This document shows positions 59,644-64,000 of a stretch of DNA of 64,000 nt, one piece after another (the first letter of the stretch is position 1; each line of letters starts with the position of its first letter). Under the pieces are notes generated by a model. It had not been told where the DNA came from. It searched no databases and saw only the letters and a program-made list of their open reading frames with translations. The translations under genes and the position numbers were made by a program. Source of the stretch: Candidatus Micrarchaeota archaeon. GTDB taxonomy: Archaea; Micrarchaeota; Micrarchaeia; Anstonellales; Bilamarchaeaceae. Where the stretch lies: positions 18,108-82,107 of the forward strand of contig JBBSVN010000001.1 of NCBI GenBank assembly GCA_038046765.1, read 5' to 3'.

Positions 59644-60612
59644 TTACATACTCAGAAATTCTTCTATATTTTTTATTAACTCTTTTTTTAAGTTTTCCTG
59701 AGCCTCAATAGTACTTGCGCCTATATGTGGTAGTAGCAAAACTTTATCATGTTTTGCGAGTTTTTCAATTACCTTTCTTGGTCGTTTATGTATCCATATA
59801 ATTGGCTCATCTTCAATTACATCAAGGGCTGCAAATGAAATGTTTGGTAGTGCTTCATAAAGTGCTCTGCTATCGATTATTTCGCCTCTTGCAATATTTA
59901 CTACCCCCACATTCTTTTTCACAATCGCAAAAACTTTATCGTTAACTAGATGAAATGTTTCCCTGTTTGCCGGAAGCGCTATAAATACAATATCCGTCTT
60001 AGGTAAAATTTGTGCTAAAGTACCATATTTGACTCCTGATTTTACAAGTTCTTCGTTTTCGCTTCTGCTATACGCTAGAACGTTACATCCTAAACAAATC
60101 AGCTTTTTCGCAATCAATGCTCCGATGTTTCCTGTTCCTAAAATAGCACATGTTTTTCCAGAAAGTTCTCCACCTGCAAAAATTTCCCGTTTATTTTGAG
60201 CGTAATTTAGTTCTCTTGCGTATCTGTTTGCAATCTCGATTTTCCTTAAACCGCTAAACGCAAGGGTAATTGCCATTTCTGCTACGGCATTAGATGAATA
60301 TGTCGGACAGTTTTTTACGATTATTGCGCGTTTAGTGCATTCATCAAGGTCAATATTATTCGTACCCGTACTTGCTGCAAAAATTGCTTTTAGTTTAGGC
60401 ATCTTATCAAGTACTTTTTTATTCACAACCGAATTTGGCCATACGATTATTGCATCACTCTTTAAATCCGCATTTTTTTCGTTTATCGTTTCCTGGTAAG
60501 ATTTAAATTTTAATTTCGAGAATTTACTCTTTAGTCCCTTTTCAATATTTTTGTCAATTGCGTATAATGAAATATATGCATTATATAGCTCCATATTCTT
60601 ACAACTACTCAT
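59644..60612 (-). CDS. D-isomer-specific 2-hydroxyacid dehydrogenase
   Basis: STGTNNIDL, AVAE, GTGNIG, VNIARG, ALDVIEDEP, PHIGAST. Confidence 0.92.
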   Translation of the reverse strand: MSSCKNMELYNAYISLYAIDKNIEKGLKSKFSKLKFKSYQETINEKNADLKSDAIIVWPNSVVNKKVLDKMPKLKAIFAASTGTNNIDLDECTKRAIIVKNCPTYSSNAVAEMAITLAFSGLRKIEIANRYARELNYAQNKREIFAGGELSGKTCAILGTGNIGALIAKKLICLGCNVLAYSRSENEELVKSGVKYGTLAQILPKTDIVFIALPANRETFHLVNDKVFAIVKKNVGVVNIARGEIIDSRALYEALPNISFAALDVIEDEPIIWIHKRPRKVIEKLAKHDKVLLLPHIGASTIEAQENLKKELIKNIEEFLSM

Positions 60613-60645
60613 TGATTTATAAATCTTGTTTTCCTTTTTATCATT

Positions 60646-63600
60646 ATGAATTCTTTTAAATTAGTTTTTGGAATTTTATTTTTGTTTGTAGTTTTAAGCT
60701 CTTCAAGTTTTGCAGCAAACTTTTTTGTTAACAAATCTGTTTGTACTTATGGAGGGGCTAATGTTGGACTTAATTCTAACCAAACTATTTCCCAGGTTTT
60801 AATTGATGTCGCAACTAGAGGCACTGCAGGAGACTTCATTTTTGTATGTAATGAATCCGGAATGGTCTATAATGAATCTATTTTAGTAAATATGTCATCA
60901 ATTTATATCTTTGGTACAAGCGCTCTTACTCCTCCAAACATAACTAATCCCGGTGCAGATTTATTCGCTGTCTTTAACATAACTGGCGCAAACGTTACTC
61001 TTCAAAATTTGAGCATAAATTCAAGTTCTTCAGTTGGTATTGCAGTTTTAAGTACCTATAACGTAAGCATTAACAACACAAATATAACCTCTTTCAATGG
61101 CGTCGGAATTAATGTAAGTTTTTCCGAGAATATAACGATAAATAGCGTTCTAATTAATGGTACAACTGTAAAAGGACTACAGGTAAATAACAGTAATTCT
61201 ACTCATATAAGAAATAGTAAATTCAATAATATATCAAATACCAGTATTTACTTTGAAAAATCTAACAACAGCCTTATTGAAAACGTCACTATTGCAAATA
61301 GTACTATTTCAAATCTTGTTGGCGGAGGAGGTATTGTTACGATTGGTCTTACAAAGAATATTTCTATTGTTAATACTACGATTTACAATGTAACTGATAA
61401 TGGGATTCTGTTGGGATCTACTGGTACTATAGATTTTAGTTTCAATAGTACGATTAACAACGTTACCATTTACAATATTGGTCCTTCATCCACGGGGGCA
61501 ACCGTATATGGAGTTTATGTTGCTGGAGGAGTGACCTTTAGACTTGAAAATAGTACGATATACAATATTGGAAACATAACCTCTGGGGCTAATGCTGCAG
61601 TTTTAGTGGGGGATTTTAATCATAGTTTTATAAAAAATAATAATATATACAACATTACAAATGGTTCAGGTGGAACTAGTGTTGATGCAATAATAATTAT
61701 TGATACCGGGACAACATTTAATTACAATGTTATTGATAACAATACGCTTTCTAATATAACGGGTTACGCAGTATCCCTCTCAAACGGAGGATTTAACAAT
61801 GTAACTAATAATACGATTAGAAGAGCGGGCTTAAGCTATACAGAAGCTGGGGGTAGTGTTGATTTTAGTGCTATTTATCTTTCAACTTCTAACAATTCCT
61901 TTATTGCCAATAACTTCATAAATGGTAGCGGCAATGATTCAGCTGGTATTCTTATTATTGGTGGTACAGGGGCACTTATTCACAATAATACTATTACAAA
62001 TACAAGCATTGCAGGGATTCAGTTTACTAGTACGAATCAATTAATAAGAGCAAACCTGATAGAAAACAATACAATAACTGATTCACTCTATGGTATCTTT
62101 TTCAATGCAACGGATTCTACTGGTGCATTAAACGGAGGCGTTCGGGATAACAACCTTACAAACAACTCAATTTCAAACGTAACATATGGTATTGTACTAT
62201 TTAACGGGTCAAACAATAATATTTCCCAAAACACTGTCTTTAATACCAAGCACGGAATTTCGGTTAATGCAACTACTAGCCACACAACCAGTATTACTAT
62301 CTTCAATAATACATTAAACAATAACACCTTTACTGGTATTAACATAACTAATTCTGCAAATATTACTGTTTTCAATAACGTTATTCGCAACAGCACCTTT
62401 GGTATTTCTGTTGGGGCTAATTCACCTAACAACAACATTACAAACAACACAGCAATAAACAATTCACAAGGCTTTTTCTTCTTTAACAACAATAATAATT
62501 CAGTTGCAAATAACAGCGCAGCAAACAATACTTTTGCCGGGTTCAACTTTACATTATTCCTAAACTCTACAATCCAGAATAACACAGTAATAAACAACAC
62601 CAACGGTATGGTCTTTGATACTGCAATAAACCTTACAGTTAGAGACAATCAAATATACAATAATAGCTATGGTATTTATGCAACAAACAGCTACAACAAT
62701 ACTTTCAAATACAACAACCTAATTAACCAAACAACATTTGGTTTCTATCTTCAATCTACATCAAACAATAATACTATCATAAACAACAATGCAACTAGCA
62801 ACTGGAGTTTATCAATAAACAGTGTTGCTGGTTTCTACATTGGTGCTAGTTACAATAATACACTTTACAACAATACAGCATCAATGGCACAAGGATTTAT
62901 TCTTAACAATTCTGCCTTAGTTAATAACCTAACAAATAACACTGCAGTAAATAATACGATTGCAGGTTTCAACGTAACTGGGTCAAACAACAACGTTCTT
63001 ATTAACAACTTTGCTTATGGAAATGGATTTGGTTATTCAATAGGTTCACAAGTAAGCAACAATAATATTACAAATAACACCGCAACAAACAATTCCCAAG
63101 GATTTTTCTTCTTTAATTCCTTAGGAAATAATACAATGTTCAATAACACTGCAAACAACAATACCAACACTGGTTTCAACTTTACCCTAGTCTGGAACGT
63201 AACAATTGCAAATAATACTGCAATTAATAATACTCAATATGGGTTTGCATTAAGCAATGTACAAAATGTAACAATAAAAGACAATAAACTTTTCAATAAC
63301 AGTTATGGTATTTATGCAACAGGAAGTGAAAACAATACCTTTGTCTACAATGCAATATTAAATTCAACAACATTTGGTATCTTCTTGCAGGGAAGTTCAA
63401 ACAATAATACAATAAAAGATAACAACGTAACTGCTAACTGGAGTATAAGCACAGCAAGTGTTGCAGCTATTGCACTTGATCTAAGTCACAATAACACAAT
63501 CTTCAATAACACAGCATCAATGGGAACAGGATTTTTCTTAAATAACTCTGCACAAAGAAATAATGTAACAAACAATACTGCAATCAACAATACTTTTGCT

Positions 63601-64000
63601 GGTTTCAACTTAACTACTGCAACTTCAAACGTAGTTATCAACAACTTTGCTATTGGAAATACATTTGGTATATCTGTTGGTGCCAATGCAAACAACAACA
63701 ACATAACAAATAACAGTGTATACAATAACAGCCAAGGTCTGTTCTTCTTTAATAATAATAATAACAGCATAGCAAACAACACTGCAAGTAATAACACCTT
63801 TTTAGGTATGAATTTCACATCAGTCTTTAATTCAACAATTGCAAACAATACTGCAACAAACAACACAAACTATGGTATTGCATTTAGTTCAAGTAGCAAC
63901 AATACCTTAGCTGGAACAACTTTGATCAATAACAGTTATGGTGTTTACATAACAGGAGGAGAAAACAATACTTTCTCAAACAATAATCTAATTAACAACA
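60646..64000 (+). CDS. Giant secreted right-handed beta-helix (NosD/PbH1-like) protein, truncated at right edge (absent from ORF track)
   Basis: ATG 60646, signal peptide MNSFKLVFGILFLFVVLSSSSFAA; frame open at the points checked through 64000; N-rich GI...NN.I.NNT turns; ~210-aa higher-order repeats. Confidence 0.85.
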   Translation, partial: MNSFKLVFGILFLFVVLSSSSFAANFFVNKSVCTYGGANVGLNSNQTISQVLIDVATRGTAGDFIFVCNESGMVYNESILVNMSSIYIFGTSALTPPNITNPGADLFAVFNITGANVTLQNLSINSSSSVGIAVLSTYNVSINNTNITSFNGVGINVSFSENITINSVLINGTTVKGLQVNNSNSTHIRNSKFNNISNTSIYFEKSNNSLIENVTIANSTISNLVGGGGIVTIGLTKNISIVNTTIYNVTDNGILLGSTGTIDFSFNSTINNVTIYNIGPSSTGATVYGVYVAGGVTFRLENSTIYNIGNITSGANAAVLVGDFNHSFIKNNNIYNITNGSGGTSVDAIIIIDTGTTFNYNVIDNNTLSNITGYAVSLSNGGFNNVTNNTIRRAGLSYTEAGGSVDFSAIYLSTSNNSFIANNFINGSGNDSAGILIIGGTGALIHNNTITNTSIAGIQFTSTNQLIRANLIENNTITDSLYGIFFNATDSTGALNGGVRDNNLTNNSISNVTYGIVLFNGSNNNISQNTVFNTKHGISVNATTSHTTSITIFNNTLNNNTFTGINITNSANITVFNNVIRNSTFGISVGANSPNNNITNNTAINNSQGFFFFNNNNNSVANNSAANNTFAGFNFTLFLNSTIQNNTVINNTNGMVFDTAINLTVRDNQIYNNSYGIYATNSYNNTFKYNNLINQTTFGFYLQSTSNNNTIINNNATSNWSLSINSVAGFYIGASYNNTLYNNTASMAQGFILNNSALVNNLTNNTAVNNTIAGFNVTGSNNNVLINNFAYGNGFGYSIGSQVSNNNITNNTATNNSQGFFFFNSLGNNTMFNNTANNNTNTGFNFTLVWNVTIANNTAINNTQYGFALSNVQNVTIKDNKLFNNSYGIYATGSENNTFVYNAILNSTTFGIFLQGSSNNNTIKDNNVTANWSISTASVAAIALDLSHNNTIFNNTASMGTGFFLNNSAQRNNVTNNTAINNTFAGFNLTTATSNVVINNFAIGNTFGISVGANANNNNITNNSVYNNSQGLFFFNNNNNSIANNTASNNTFLGMNFTSVFNSTIANNTATNNTNYGIAFSSSSNNTLAGTTLINNSYGVYITGGENNTFSNNNLINN

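Noticed and set aside
62150..64000. AAC-rich tract as the DGR template repeat
   Set aside because: It is the Asn-rich coding frame of the beta-helix gene and lacks the GGG C.G/GTC/GGT TAC GGG anchors of the two VR-like segments
1..64000. DGR reverse transcriptase, Avd or template repeat in this window
   Set aside because: No ORF with RT motifs and no intergenic copy of either VR was seen; the DGR calls depend on components elsewhere
1..64000. CRISPR array or cas genes
   Set aside because: No repeat-spacer periodicity; the 33-bp repeat has two adjacent copies without a spacer and heptamer tracts are low-complexity
1..64000. Genome-wide stop-codon reassignment explaining alaX TAA and the antitoxin TAG
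   Set aside because: TAA and TAG end many conserved genes at expected positions (PCNA and map TAA; pelota, rpiA, nadK, livG TAG)

Overview
AT-rich archaeal chromosome segment, most consistent with a DPANN archaeon (probably Micrarchaeota; inferred from archaeal pelota, PCNA, Rpo6, Lhr, Hef and DUF359 dephospho-CoA kinase, GGTGA Shine-Dalgarno motifs, TTTATAAA boxes and many xxGC lipoproteins). Housekeeping genes (rpiA, map, dcd, NAD kinase, liv ABC operon, dinB, K+-independent H+-PPase) are interspersed with orphans, three toxin-antitoxin pairs, two AAA+/DUF4143 ATPases and large surface proteins. The strongest hidden signal: two distant genes, a membrane-anchored Ser/Thr kinase (4903-6831) and an orphan (35139-36014), share a C-terminal domain encoded by a ~100-bp GC-rich, NNC-codon-rich island followed by a DNA hairpin (one with a GAA triloop). 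This is the hallmark of diversity-generating retroelement (DGR) variable regions; no RT or template repeat is visible in the window. Also notable: an initiator tRNA-Met split by two non-canonical introns (30/31 and 59/60), two PIN toxins lacking canonical start codons (one in frame behind its antitoxin's TAG), an AlaX gene with an in-frame TAA, a duplicated metalloprotease + convergent small-gene module, a TrmB/HD/phospho-His-swivel cluster, 7-bp-periodic hairpins and K-turn-like ncRNA candidates. All assignments come from reading motifs by eye; no database searches were run.
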